This document shows positions 36,196 through 46,546 of a stretch of 64,000 nt of DNA, piece by piece; within the stretch, counting starts at the first letter, position 1, and the number at the start of each line of letters is the position of its first letter. Both the position numbers and the translations under genes were made by a program. The stretch is from Pontiella sp. GTDB taxonomy: Bacteria > Verrucomicrobiota > Kiritimatiellia > Kiritimatiellales > Pontiellaceae. A model generated the notes under the pieces. It was not told where the DNA came from and made no database searches. It worked only from the letters and a program-made list of their open reading frames with translations. Where the stretch lies: the NCBI GenBank assembly GCA_050290185.1, contig JBNKHE010000001.1:162713-226712 (forward strand), read 5' to 3'.

Positions 36196-39087
36196 ATGAA
36201 GACTTTTGAACTGGTACGTACCGAAGAAATCCTGGAACTGAACACGCAGGCAAAGATCTACCGTCATGTGCCTACCGGCGCAGAGATTCTCTCGATGGAG
36301 AACGATGACGAAAACAAGTGTTTTGGCATCGCTTTCCGCACGCCGCCCTCGGACTCGACCGGAGTGGCGCACATTCTGGAACACACGGTGCTCTGCGGCT
36401 CCCGGAAATATCCGGTCAAGGATCCCTTCGTCCAGTTACTCAAGGGATCTTTGCAAACCTTCCTGAACGCCTTCACCTACCCCGACAAGACCTGCTATCC
36501 GGTCGCCAGCCAGAACCTGAAGGATTTCCATAATCTCGTGGATGTCTACCTTGATGCCGTTTTCCATCCGCGCATCACAAAGGATTTCTTCATGCAGGAA
36601 GGTTGGCACTACGAACTCGAATCGCCGGAGGACGAGTTGAAGTACAAGGGCGTGGTCTACAACGAAATGAAGGGGGTCTATTCCTCGCCCGACTCCCTGT
36701 TGGCGGAAGCCTCGCAGCAATCGCTCTTCCCTGATACCACCTACGGGCTGGACTCCGGGGGCAATCCCAAGAATATTCCAGATCTAACCTACGAGCAGTT
36801 CACCGCCTTCCATGGGTCGTTCTACCATCCATCCAACGCCCGCATTTTTTTCTACGGCGACGATCCCGTTGAAGAACGGTTTGCGATTCTCGAGGAATAT
36901 CTGAAGGATTATGAACAGATCGATCCGAAATCCAGCATTGCCGTTCAAGCGCCGCTGTCCGAACCGGTCCGTATCGAGAAACCCTATGCCGTCTCTGCCG
37001 ACGACGATGATCCGAAACCCATGTTCTGCGTCAACTGGCTCCTCCCATCCCCTACCGACGCCGAACGGGTCTTTGCCTTCGAGCTGCTCGACCACATCCT
37101 GCTGGGCACGCCAGCCTCCCCGTTGCGGAAGGCCTTGATCGAATCCGGCCTGGGCGAGGATATCACCGGCGGCGGCATCGAGACCCACATGCTGCAAATG
37201 GCCTATTCCATAGGACTCAAGGAAATCAAAACAGACCATCTGGACAAAGCGGAACAGTTGATCTACCAGACGCTCGAAGATTTGGCGACCAATGGCATCT
37301 CCCGCGAAGATATCGACGCCGCGCTCAATACCTTCGAGTTTGATTTGCGGGAAAACAACAGCGGCGGCTTCCCCCGCGGTTTGTCACTGATGCTCAAATC
37401 ACTCAACGCATGGAACTATGATGCCGACCCGTTGGGGCTGATCGCTTTCGAAAAACCGTTGCAAGCCGTCAAAACGCAGGCCCGCCAACCGGGATTTTTC
37501 GAAAACCTGCTGCGTGAACACTTTATCGAAAACCAGCACCGTTCAACGGTTACCCTGATTCCGGATCCGGAAGTTTCCAAGAATGAAGAGCAGGAAGAAA
37601 TAAAACAACTGGCTCAGATCAAGAAACAACTGGACTCCGCTCAGCTTGAGGCGATCGTCGGCCATACACACCGCCTGCTTGAATTACAGGCGACACCGGA
37701 CTCGCCGGAAGCACTGGCCACTATCCCGCTACTGCATCGCGACGACCTCGATAAGCATATACGGATCGTTGAACGAGGTGAAAGCCGGCTCGGTGGAGCC
37801 ACGGTGCTGACACACGACCTGTTCACCCATGGCATCCTTTACCTTGATATGGGGCTCGACCTGCATAGCCTCGACCAGACCGACATTCCCTATGCGTCGT
37901 TGCTCGGCAGCGCCCTGCTTGAAATGGGCACCAAAAAAGAAGACTATGTTTCCCTTTCCCAACGTATTGCACAGAAGACCGGAGGAATCTATGGCGCACC
38001 ATTCCTCTCTGCACTGGAAAACTCGGACAAAGGAATCACCCGATTCTTCCTGCGCGGAAAATGCATGATCGGGCAGACCAATGAAATGCTCGCCATCCTG
38101 CAGGACGTCCTGCTTGAATCCAAATTCGACAACAAGGAACGCTTCCTCCAGATTGTGCTCGAACACAAGTCGGAACTGGAAACCGCCATGATCCCACGGG
38201 GACATTCAGCGGTCATGTCCCGCCTCAAGGCCCAGTTCCACGAAGCGCATTGGGTCGCGGAACAAATGGGTGGCGTCGAAGCGCTTTTCTTCATCCGAAC
38301 GCTGATAGACGATATTGAACAGGATTGGCCGTCTGTATATCAGCGACTGCAAAGAATCCTACAGACCCTGTTGAACCGCGAGAACATCATCTTCAATGTT
38401 ACCGTCGACCAGGCCGCCCTTCCCGGCGTTATTCAATTGCTGGAAGGTTTTATTGATACGCTCCCAAGCGCCAACGGCTCCACATCGAAAACCTGGAATC
38501 CCGTTCCGCTCCCCAAGAACGAAGCACTCACCGCACCGACACGCGTCAACTATGTTGGCTGCGCAGCGAATCTTTATGATGCGGGCTACAACATGCACGG
38601 ATCGGCCATGGTCATTACGCGCTACCTTCAAACCGCATGGCTGTGGGAAAAAATCCGCGTACAAGGTGGTGCCTACGGAGGGATGTGCGGTTTCGATCAA
38701 CGCTCCGGAGCATTTATCTTTGCCTCTTACAGGGATCCTAACCTGCAATCTTCTCTCGATACCTACAAGGGAACCGGCGACTTTCTCAAAAATCTAAAAC
38801 TGAGTGATGACGAGCTGACGCGAGCACTGATCGGCGCCATCGGCCAGCTCGATGCCTACCAACTGCCCGACGCCAAGGGTTATTCAAGCTGCCTGCGCCA
38901 TCTGCTTGGCTTCACGGATGAAGAGCGGCAAAAGCTGCGGGATGAAGTGCTGGCCACAACACAGGAACATTTCAATGCGTTTGGCGATATACTGAACAGC
39001 GCATTCAACCAGCCCTCCATTTCGGTTCTGTGCTCGGCGGATGCTGCCGACGAAGCGGGACTAGCTACCCGCACCAAATTGCTATAG
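36196..39087 (+). CDS. Insulinase-family (M16C, PreP-like) zinc metallopeptidase
   Basis: HILEH motif, plus LNAFTYPDKTCYP, GVVYNEMKG, RVQGGAYG and SYRDPN. Confidence 0.93.
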   Translation: MKTFELVRTEEILELNTQAKIYRHVPTGAEILSMENDDENKCFGIAFRTPPSDSTGVAHILEHTVLCGSRKYPVKDPFVQLLKGSLQTFLNAFTYPDKTCYPVASQNLKDFHNLVDVYLDAVFHPRITKDFFMQEGWHYELESPEDELKYKGVVYNEMKGVYSSPDSLLAEASQQSLFPDTTYGLDSGGNPKNIPDLTYEQFTAFHGSFYHPSNARIFFYGDDPVEERFAILEEYLKDYEQIDPKSSIAVQAPLSEPVRIEKPYAVSADDDDPKPMFCVNWLLPSPTDAERVFAFELLDHILLGTPASPLRKALIESGLGEDITGGGIETHMLQMAYSIGLKEIKTDHLDKAEQLIYQTLEDLATNGISREDIDAALNTFEFDLRENNSGGFPRGLSLMLKSLNAWNYDADPLGLIAFEKPLQAVKTQARQPGFFENLLREHFIENQHRSTVTLIPDPEVSKNEEQEEIKQLAQIKKQLDSAQLEAIVGHTHRLLELQATPDSPEALATIPLLHRDDLDKHIRIVERGESRLGGATVLTHDLFTHGILYLDMGLDLHSLDQTDIPYASLLGSALLEMGTKKEDYVSLSQRIAQKTGGIYGAPFLSALENSDKGITRFFLRGKCMIGQTNEMLAILQDVLLESKFDNKERFLQIVLEHKSELETAMIPRGHSAVMSRLKAQFHEAHWVAEQMGGVEALFFIRTLIDDIEQDWPSVYQRLQRILQTLLNRENIIFNVTVDQAALPGVIQLLEGFIDTLPSANGSTSKTWNPVPLPKNEALTAPTRVNYVGCAANLYDAGYNMHGSAMVITRYLQTAWLWEKIRVQGGAYGGMCGFDQRSGAFIFASYRDPNLQSSLDTYKGTGDFLKNLKLSDDELTRALIGAIGQLDAYQLPDAKGYSSCLRHLLGFTDEERQKLRDEVLATTQEHFNAFGDILNSAFNQPSISVLCSADAADEAGLATRTKLL

Positions 39088-39243
39088 ATCTCCACGGGAA
39101 ATCCCGTGGTTCTATGCTTTGCGCATGACAACTCCTGGCAGAGCTAACCTTGCCGCCCCCGGTCCTTGCTGGAGGCACCAGGGAAGGCTCATGCATCCAC
39201 GGGAAATCCCGGGGTGTTTTGTCTTCTACCGCATGAATCCACG
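39088..39243. mobile_element. Probable non-autonomous IS200/IS605-type (PATE-like) element
   Basis: Two same-orientation hairpins TCCACGGGAAATCCCG(T/G)GGT at 39091 and 39196, 105 bp apart, with no ORF between them. Confidence 0.5.
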
Positions 39244-39252
39244 CCCGGCTGC

Positions 39253-39288
39253 AAAAAAAACGCGCATCCCGGGACGGGATACGCGTTT
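39253..39288 (-). terminator. Intrinsic terminator of the exbBD operon
   Basis: A8 tract plus hairpin CGCGCATCCCG-GGA-CGGGATACGCG. Confidence 0.75.
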
Positions 39289-39310
39289 ATAGGCTCCTGA
39301 TGAAGAGTCG

Positions 39311-39745
39311 CTACATACTCATGCTGAATGACATATTTTTCACCTCAGCTGCGGCACAGGCATCCATGACGTTGATAATTCTTCCGTGCAGTGCCTTGTC
39401 ATTAGGCAGGATATTCACAATCAGCTCGCTTTTGGAAGCATCGGCCGCCTCCTTGAGCGAAACCAACTGTCCGATCAGTTCATTCAGATCCCCTGAATTC
39501 TGACCAAAGACCATCCCATCTACGACGATATCGCCGAGTTCGGAGACCTCGATGAGCACTTCGATGGGAAGCGTGATGGGATCCGTGGATTCCACCTTGG
39601 CCGGAAGCATGAAGGAGAGATCGGCTTCCTTTTTAACCAAAGACGCAGTCACCATGAAGTAGATGAGCAACAGAAATACCACATCGATAAGCGGAGCAAT
39701 CTGCAACTCCGCTTTTTTGTTCATTAGTTCGTCCAACAGTTTCAT
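39311..39745 (-). CDS. exbD: ExbD/TolR family protein
   Basis: IAPLIDVVFLLLIYFMV. Confidence 0.88.
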   Translation of the reverse strand: MKLLDELMNKKAELQIAPLIDVVFLLLIYFMVTASLVKKEADLSFMLPAKVESTDPITLPIEVLIEVSELGDIVVDGMVFGQNSGDLNELIGQLVSLKEAADASKSELIVNILPNDKALHGRIINVMDACAAAEVKNMSFSMSM

Positions 39746-39747
39746 AG

Positions 39748-40149
39748 CTATTCCTCGAAGGCTGCATAAATGAGGTCGGTAGCACCCACGTCGCCACAGG
39801 CAATCATAAGCTTTTTACAGACCTCATATTGAACACGGCGGTCGGCACGAATCAGAATACGAAGGTTGGGATTCACTTCAAGTTCATCGCCAATCATATC
39901 CCTAAGATCGGGCAACTCCACAGGAGTTGTGCCGGCATAGTAGTTTCCTTCGGCATCAATAGACACCATGAAGCGATCCTTGATGTTCTCCGGAACCTTC
40001 GCATGCTTGGAATCCGGTATCTCCACCTTGACTTTAACCTCTGTGACCACCGACGCCACCATGAAGAAGATCAGCAACAGGAACACCAGGTCGATCATGG
40101 GAGCCATGTCAACCGCGGCATCTTCTCTTGCAGGCATTTTAATTTTCAT
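39748..40149 (-). CDS. exbD: ExbD/TolR family protein
   Basis: MAPMIDLVFLLLIFFMV and ILIRAD. Confidence 0.88.
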   Translation of the reverse strand: MKIKMPAREDAAVDMAPMIDLVFLLLIFFMVASVVTEVKVKVEIPDSKHAKVPENIKDRFMVSIDAEGNYYAGTTPVELPDLRDMIGDELEVNPNLRILIRADRRVQYEVCKKLMIACGDVGATDLIYAAFEE

Positions 40150-40202
40150 TCCGCACCTCTCTTAGGACGCGTTTATAACACAATGCGATCAGGCAAGGAT
40201 GG

Positions 40203-40958
40203 TTAAGCACCCATTTCTTCATGGCCGAGCGGCAGTTCGCCGGTTTCCATCGTGTCGAGCAGCGCTCCAATGTTACGGCCCATCGAGGCGGTGGACTTGA
40301 TGAAGCTGTTGCGGAAATAATAGTAGCACAACATGGCCGGAATCGCGATGATCAGCCCCGTTGCCGTGGTGATAAGAGCCTCACCAATGTTACCCGCCAA
40401 ATCCTGCGGCTTGCCCATACCCACCGAGCCGATGGTCTGGAAGGCTTTAATCATGCCCGAAACCGTTCCCAGCAGACCCAGCATAGGGGCCGTAGCGCCT
40501 ATGATGGAAAGATAGTCGATCGGCTTCATGTAGGACGTGATTTCTTCCGTGCTGGCTTCCTCGATCGCTTCCTTAACTTTTGCGAAGTTGACTTCACGCT
40601 TGGTGGAGCAACGTTCAAGGCCGGCACCGAAGACATAGGTAAAGAGGGTTTCGTTTTCCTTACAGAGGGTGTGGGCTTCAACAATTTTCTGATCCTTCAT
40701 CAGATTGATGAATTCGGGCATCATATCCGGACGAAGCAATACTTTTTCGCGCAATGCCAATCCGTTCTGGACAATAAAATATACCATGCCTACTGACATG
40801 AGACCGAGCGGCCACATGGCCCAACCACCCTGCTTGATCAAAGTGAACAACGTGGTCTTCTCAACGCTTCCGGCAGCTGCAGCTACGTCCTCCGCGAAAA
40901 CGGTTCCAGCGGCAAACAAACTCAGACAAAATGCCAGTTTAATTATTTTCTTCGTCAT
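40203..40958 (-). CDS. exbB: MotA/TolQ/ExbB proton channel family protein
   Basis: APMLGLLGTVSGMIKAF and EALITTATGLIIAIPA; signal peptide. Confidence 0.9.
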   Translation of the reverse strand: MTKKIIKLAFCLSLFAAGTVFAEDVAAAAGSVEKTTLFTLIKQGGWAMWPLGLMSVGMVYFIVQNGLALREKVLLRPDMMPEFINLMKDQKIVEAHTLCKENETLFTYVFGAGLERCSTKREVNFAKVKEAIEEASTEEITSYMKPIDYLSIIGATAPMLGLLGTVSGMIKAFQTIGSVGMGKPQDLAGNIGEALITTATGLIIAIPAMLCYYYFRNSFIKSTASMGRNIGALLDTMETGELPLGHEEMGA

Positions 40959-41012
40959 TTTCGTACTCCTTCTCCTTCAGTTAAGCTAACTCATCTACTC
41001 CAAACCAACCGG

Positions 41013-41879
41013 TTATTCCAGCTCCAACCGGAGCGCATCAATACGCAATTTTAAATTCTGGGCCTCATCCGCTTCGTCCGTATCCTTATAAAGCAAAGAG
41101 ATTTCACGAACAACCTCTTCGGCCGATGCAAGAAAATCGGGATTGTCGAATGCTTTTGCCATTTCCATGTAAATTTGGGCGCACAACAGTTCGGCAGGGC
41201 GCATCCAGTCCGGATCCTGGCTATGGAAAGCTACAATCTTGGCCGCCGTCTCAATGGCCTTGAGATAGTCCTTTTTCATAAACAGGAACTTTGCGGAGAT
41301 GTAAAGGTCTTCAGCGGGAGCATCCTCCGACATTTCATCGGTCCAGCCCTGCTCGGAAAACAGTGCTTCGGCCTCTTCCATTCGGCCGGCCCCCAGAAGC
41401 GACAACCCCTGAAAGACAATCGCCTTGCGCTGCAGTTCAGGATTCCGTCCATCCTTCAAAAGCTTTGAAGAATACAGCATGCACTTGTCGAAATCACCTA
41501 CCTTGTAGAACAGTTCCATCAATACACCTTGGTACTTTGCAAGGTTTGACGGCAAATCACTGTATTCCTCGAAAGGCCTGAGTGCCGTTTCAAGGGTTGC
41601 AGCCAGCTCCTCGTGAAGCCGATTCTCCATCATATTGGCAACCGCAGATTGATCGATCTTCACAGGGAATACCACTTCCTGTATGGCATCGGCGGGATAG
41701 CTAATGTCCCCGGTTCTGCCTACCTGCCGGTAGGTGATCAAATCCCCTTTACGACTCACGATGTAGCCGCTCGATGTCTTGTTGCCAATGGTTATTTTGA
41801 CTGAAACAGGCGCTGCAGTCGTGGAGAAACCCGCCACAAGCAACACCGCAATCATTGAGCTGAAAAGCGTTTTTTTCAT
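41013..41879 (-). CDS. Secreted TPR-like protein with a small N-terminal beta domain
   Basis: Signal peptide and helical repeats; translationally coupled to the upstream gene (TAATG). Confidence 0.7.
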   Translation of the reverse strand: MKKTLFSSMIAVLLVAGFSTTAAPVSVKITIGNKTSSGYIVSRKGDLITYRQVGRTGDISYPADAIQEVVFPVKIDQSAVANMMENRLHEELAATLETALRPFEEYSDLPSNLAKYQGVLMELFYKVGDFDKCMLYSSKLLKDGRNPELQRKAIVFQGLSLLGAGRMEEAEALFSEQGWTDEMSEDAPAEDLYISAKFLFMKKDYLKAIETAAKIVAFHSQDPDWMRPAELLCAQIYMEMAKAFDNPDFLASAEEVVREISLLYKDTDEADEAQNLKLRIDALRLELE

Positions 41880-44695
41880 TACTGTCCCCCGTAATTCTTG
41901 AGCATCTCGCGCACTTTCACGGCCAGAGCATTAGATCTGGTGTACTCGTCGTTTAGCATGGATTTTAAGGTTTTAACCGCATCATCCTTACGCCCCAGCT
42001 TCATAAGGCAGTCGGCGGCGGCGAGGTAGCCCTTGGCGGCCCACTCGCCATCATCATATGCTTTGAAAAGCAGATAGGTGCGCTGGAAGAAGTTATGGGC
42101 CCCCTCGAAATCGCTCGTAGCAAGACGGCATTCTCCCATACCGTACATCGCTTCAGCAAAGACCGGCCCGCGCCAAGGCGGAACATTAAGCGCCATGTTG
42201 TACTCATTTTCAGCTTCTTCGAAATCCCCCATGGCATAACGCGCTTTTCCTTTCAGGATTTGCGCCCAACCCATAAATGGTTCCACACCAAACAAGCCCT
42301 GAGCAACATCAATTGCCGCGAGTGCTCCCGGGTAGTCTTTTTTCTCCATCAAGGCCAATGTTCTTGCATGATAGGCATGCCACAGAAGATCTGAGTCCTC
42401 GAAGTTATCGATAAAATAATCGGACAGGCGTTTCATCTGTTCGTAATTGCCGGTGCTAATGGCGACATCGCACATTAGCGATAGAGAACCCGGCGTGGTG
42501 ATGGACAGGTCTTCGATCGAATTCATCAGGTCAGAGGCGAGAGCCATGGCGATATCTTCACCTTCCAGCATGGCCTGGGCAACCTGCAAACGCAGGCGAA
42601 GCACATCACGGTCATCTTCGATTGTAGACATTTTGACCTTCAACCGCACCACCAACTCTTCCCGTTCGTCCTGGGAAAGTTGTTTATCTGCGACGTCCAC
42701 CAACTCGGAAATAATCTTGTCGACCCCTTGCTTCTGAGGATCGTTCCCAAACCGCATAATCGCGTTGATATAGGAGGGAATGGCTTCTTCATGCAACTGT
42801 CCCAGTTCAATCTGGGCCTGACCAATCCAGTAGACCGCTTGGGAAATATCCGCCATGTCTTCCCATCGATCCATGTAGTAGTTCATCAAATCAATGATTT
42901 CCTGCCACTTGTACTCCATCTTGTAGACCTTGGCAGCCTGAAAAGCGGGATAGGAAGCCTGCAGCGGAATTTTGGCCGTGTCGATGGCCTTCCGGAAGTC
43001 CGCTTGCGCCCGATCGAGCGTGAGCGGATCCGCATTGGAGGCTTCTTTCGAAGCTTCAATGTCGCCACGCATGCTGTACGCCTCGGAGACCACAGGATGG
43101 TCGGGATTTTCCTCGATGAACTTGGTGAAGGCCGCTTCCGCGTCAGGAACACGCTGCAGACCGTACAGACAAACCCCTTCGCGGAAAATGGATTCCGCGT
43201 ATTGGTCACCACTCTCATTCTCAGCCTGGTATGTCTTGAAATCCGCCAAAGCATTATCGTAATCGGCCTGCAGCATATAGCTCATTCCCCGGTAATAGAG
43301 GGCATCATACTTCTGCTCGCTGTCCGGGAATTGTTCCAGCACAATACCGAACTGTTCGCCGCCTTCTCTGGCCCGATTCGATTGGAGATAGGCAAACGCA
43401 AGCATGTAGTGCAGATCCGCCTGCAGCATCCGTTCACCAATATCGTTTTCCTTAAGGGGAAGTCCTTCGATGTATTTTCGCAGGCCAACCACTTTATCGA
43501 AGTTTTTTCGAACCAGATTATCGCGCATCATCACTGAAAGCATGGTTCGTGCATATTGCCCGTCGGGTTTCTCGTCCAGATACGAGATGATCCGCTCTTC
43601 AGCCCGGTCGTATTCCTTTACGGCATATAGAACCATGACCGATTGGAGCGATGCGGCTTCGCCGATTTCCGTGTCAGGCCCATCACGGTAGAGCTTGTCA
43701 TACAAAACAAATCCTTCCCAATACCGTTTCACATCGGAGTAGACCTGTCCGATACGGAAGGTTACCTCCTGCTCATACGGGGGGAGATCTTTCAATAGAT
43801 CGACGGCCTGCGTAATCCCATCCATCTCGCTTTTCAGCTGCCCGTTCTCCAAATCGGAATTGGTCCCCTTCATTTGGTTCTGCAGGGCAGCAATTTGTTT
43901 CTCGGCAAAGTCGATGAGAGTCTCACGTGGAAGAACCATGCGGTATAAATACAGCGAATTTAGATAATTCCCTGTTTCATAGAGTCTCTTGGCGCCCTTC
44001 ATGAGCGTAAGGTTTAAGGAAATATCATATCTGCGATCCGTGCGATTAATGCGCAAGATCCATCCATAGAGTTGCTCCCACTGCTCCAACTCCACCAACG
44101 CACGGGTCACCATGACCTGGCAGACTCCTTTGATCCGATCGTCCTTGGTGTTTTTCTCAGCAAACCGCAACGGATCCAGACATTCTTTGTACTGTCCCAA
44201 CTGGAAATAGGCCTGCCCGGCCAGCAGGTTCATGTTAAAGAGCACTTCCTGGTCGAGATCCTTGTACTCCTTTAAGCGTTGAAAGAGCTCAATAATCTTC
44301 TCCCAGTCGCTGATCTCGAAAAAGCCCTGCGCAAGCATGCCCAGCACACGCCGTTCCTGCGGACGCGGTTCGTTTGCGAGATACTCCTCGACATATCCCA
44401 TACCGGCTGAAATATCACCCATCTGGTAATAAATGCGGGCAATCTCATAGCGGCAGGTTTGGGCGGTCTTTTGACCTTGATCGTCGGTCAAACCCTCCGT
44501 CCGGTCCAGTGCCTCCAGCAAAGCAGGGAGCGCTTCCTCGTATTTACCCATTTTCAGGTTTTGTTCCGCGTAGGAAAACACGTCAGCGAGGGTCATTGAA
44601 CCATAGTCCTGCGCCCAGGACGTACCGCTTGTCGACACAATCACGACAAGCAACGCCGCGAACCAAGCTTTGCGACAACCTAGAAAGAAACTCAT
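41879..44695 (-). CDS. Large secreted tetratricopeptide-repeat protein
   Basis: Signal peptide ending SWA-Q; many TPR units (ALYYRGMSY, AVYWIGQ, AMYGMGEC). Confidence 0.85.
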   Translation of the reverse strand: MSFFLGCRKAWFAALLVVIVSTSGTSWAQDYGSMTLADVFSYAEQNLKMGKYEEALPALLEALDRTEGLTDDQGQKTAQTCRYEIARIYYQMGDISAGMGYVEEYLANEPRPQERRVLGMLAQGFFEISDWEKIIELFQRLKEYKDLDQEVLFNMNLLAGQAYFQLGQYKECLDPLRFAEKNTKDDRIKGVCQVMVTRALVELEQWEQLYGWILRINRTDRRYDISLNLTLMKGAKRLYETGNYLNSLYLYRMVLPRETLIDFAEKQIAALQNQMKGTNSDLENGQLKSEMDGITQAVDLLKDLPPYEQEVTFRIGQVYSDVKRYWEGFVLYDKLYRDGPDTEIGEAASLQSVMVLYAVKEYDRAEERIISYLDEKPDGQYARTMLSVMMRDNLVRKNFDKVVGLRKYIEGLPLKENDIGERMLQADLHYMLAFAYLQSNRAREGGEQFGIVLEQFPDSEQKYDALYYRGMSYMLQADYDNALADFKTYQAENESGDQYAESIFREGVCLYGLQRVPDAEAAFTKFIEENPDHPVVSEAYSMRGDIEASKEASNADPLTLDRAQADFRKAIDTAKIPLQASYPAFQAAKVYKMEYKWQEIIDLMNYYMDRWEDMADISQAVYWIGQAQIELGQLHEEAIPSYINAIMRFGNDPQKQGVDKIISELVDVADKQLSQDEREELVVRLKVKMSTIEDDRDVLRLRLQVAQAMLEGEDIAMALASDLMNSIEDLSITTPGSLSLMCDVAISTGNYEQMKRLSDYFIDNFEDSDLLWHAYHARTLALMEKKDYPGALAAIDVAQGLFGVEPFMGWAQILKGKARYAMGDFEEAENEYNMALNVPPWRGPVFAEAMYGMGECRLATSDFEGAHNFFQRTYLLFKAYDDGEWAAKGYLAAADCLMKLGRKDDAVKTLKSMLNDEYTRSNALAVKVREMLKNYGGQ

Positions 44696-45178
44696 GCTAT
44701 ATTACCTCGCTACACCAAAATCACACCGGGCGTTTTGCCATCTAACCTTCTCACCCGCCCCTTAAACAAAAACAACAATGGCAATTCGTATCAGGGTATC
44801 CAACCTACCCAGCAATTCAAGCCTATAAAAGCGCAAATCGAGCGTCAGCTCTATACAAAGCCAAGCCAAAGAGGGAGCTCCAGATCTGTGCGAAGTACTT
44901 GAAAGAATCATGGGTTTACTCCAGTGAAACTGTCGTAAACACCAGAAATAAGGAAAGTAATGCATGCTATACCCCCATTGAATTATAGGTGTATTTTGCC
45001 CACGGAGAGTAGTGTAAAAACCGGATACTACATAGGCCATTTATTTCATGACTAAGCGTACTGAGATAATGCCAGAAGCCTATTTGCATTCGTAACCTTG
45101 ATTGCAAGGCATATTTTCCGGGCAATGAGTCGACGTTGGAGCTTAAATACGATCCGCTTCCTAATATAACAAGGACGG

Positions 45179-46429
45179 CTACAGGCTCTCAGAAAGCGCA
45201 TCCATGGCGGCGTGTTCTTCATCTGCAGGAAGCGAGAGCGCGGTTTCACCCACTAGCTTGATCGCCAGTGCCCCGATCGGCGCAGTGAAAACAATACTCA
45301 GAACGGCAACCGCCAGAATGATTTCACCAGGAGCGCCGTCCATGCCGTTCGCTTTCATCGTCATCAGCGGCACGGCACCAATAGCCGCCTGCACCGTGGC
45401 CTTCGGCCAGTACGAAACCACCGCAAAAAAACGTTCACGCCGATTCAGAGGACTGCCCATCAGAGCAAGAAGAACGCCGGCACTCCTCGCCACCAACCCG
45501 CACATGATAAGCCCAAGCCCGGCAAGACCGGTTTCCCATGCCAGCGAGACATCCACCTGAGCCCCGACCAGCGTGAACAGCATGATCGAGGCAAACACCC
45601 ACAGCTTTCCGAGCTTTGACGAAATTTCGTGAGCTACATGTTCACGCTTTTCCAGAATGATGAAACCCGTGGCCATCACGGCCAGCAAAGCGGCAAAGGG
45701 AATGTCCATGCTCTCAAGCACATGTTGCAGGCGGACAAGCAAGACGGAGATACCGATCACAATCATGGTGCGCTTTGTGGCACGTGGATTGAACCGCTCA
45801 AAGAGCTTGAGCAGCAACCACCCAACGACGCAACCGGCAATGATGCCGAAAAAAATGGATGCCGGAATTCCCGCAAGCTTCAAAACAACACCGCCCGTAG
45901 ATCCCGTGTAGAGGCCCAGAAAAACAGAGAAAATTACGATGGCGATAACGTCGTCCAGCGAAGCAGCTGCAAGAATCATGGTCGGAATGCCTTTGTCCGC
46001 CCCTTTCCGTCGCTCAATGTATCCGATCATCATTGGTACAACCACCGCAGGGGAGACCGCGGCAACAATAAAGCCCAGCATGGCCGATTCCAGATGAGTC
46101 AACGTCGGAAGGAAATAGGGGCCCAGCAGCGCGATCGTGGAACCCTCGAGGACCCCCGGAATAAACGACATCAACAACGCCTGCAATCCCACCTTGTTCA
46201 GCACATCGCGACTCAGCTCGAAACCGGCACGCAATAGAATGATGATCAGCGCGATCATGCGCAGGTCGGACGAAGCCTCGAGAAATCCCGGTTCAAGAAG
46301 ATCCAGCACATAGGGCCCGAACAAGATTCCCAGTAGGAGCATACCCAGCAATCCGGGCATACGCAACTTGCGGAACAACCAGTCCGCCAGCAAACCCAGC
46401 AAAATCATTTCGGCTATGCCTACCGCCAT
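45179..46429 (-). CDS. Cation:proton antiporter (Na_H_Exchanger family)
   Basis: About 12 TM segments; AAVSPAVVVP, AASLDDV and PKATVQAAIG. Confidence 0.88.
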   Translation of the reverse strand: MAVGIAEMILLGLLADWLFRKLRMPGLLGMLLLGILFGPYVLDLLEPGFLEASSDLRMIALIIILLRAGFELSRDVLNKVGLQALLMSFIPGVLEGSTIALLGPYFLPTLTHLESAMLGFIVAAVSPAVVVPMMIGYIERRKGADKGIPTMILAAASLDDVIAIVIFSVFLGLYTGSTGGVVLKLAGIPASIFFGIIAGCVVGWLLLKLFERFNPRATKRTMIVIGISVLLVRLQHVLESMDIPFAALLAVMATGFIILEKREHVAHEISSKLGKLWVFASIMLFTLVGAQVDVSLAWETGLAGLGLIMCGLVARSAGVLLALMGSPLNRRERFFAVVSYWPKATVQAAIGAVPLMTMKANGMDGAPGEIILAVAVLSIVFTAPIGALAIKLVGETALSLPADEEHAAMDALSESL

Positions 46430-46494
46430 TCCAACTCCTCGTCACTGATGAAACCACCATGCCGCATTCGATTCATCTTGAAAAGCGGTAAAAG

Positions 46495-46526
46495 AAAAAG
46501 GCGTCCACTTCAAGGGACGCCTTTTT
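46495..46526. terminator. Bidirectional-looking intrinsic terminator after fabF
   Basis: AAAAAGGCGTCC-ACTTCAAG-GGACGCCTTTTT. Confidence 0.8.
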
Positions 46527-46546
46527 ATCGCAACCGAACAGGCCGG

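Noticed and set aside
46430..46494. Fluoride or other riboswitch ahead of the cation:proton antiporter
   Set aside because: The gap is short and I could not fit a consensus; the only clear structure is the fabF terminator.
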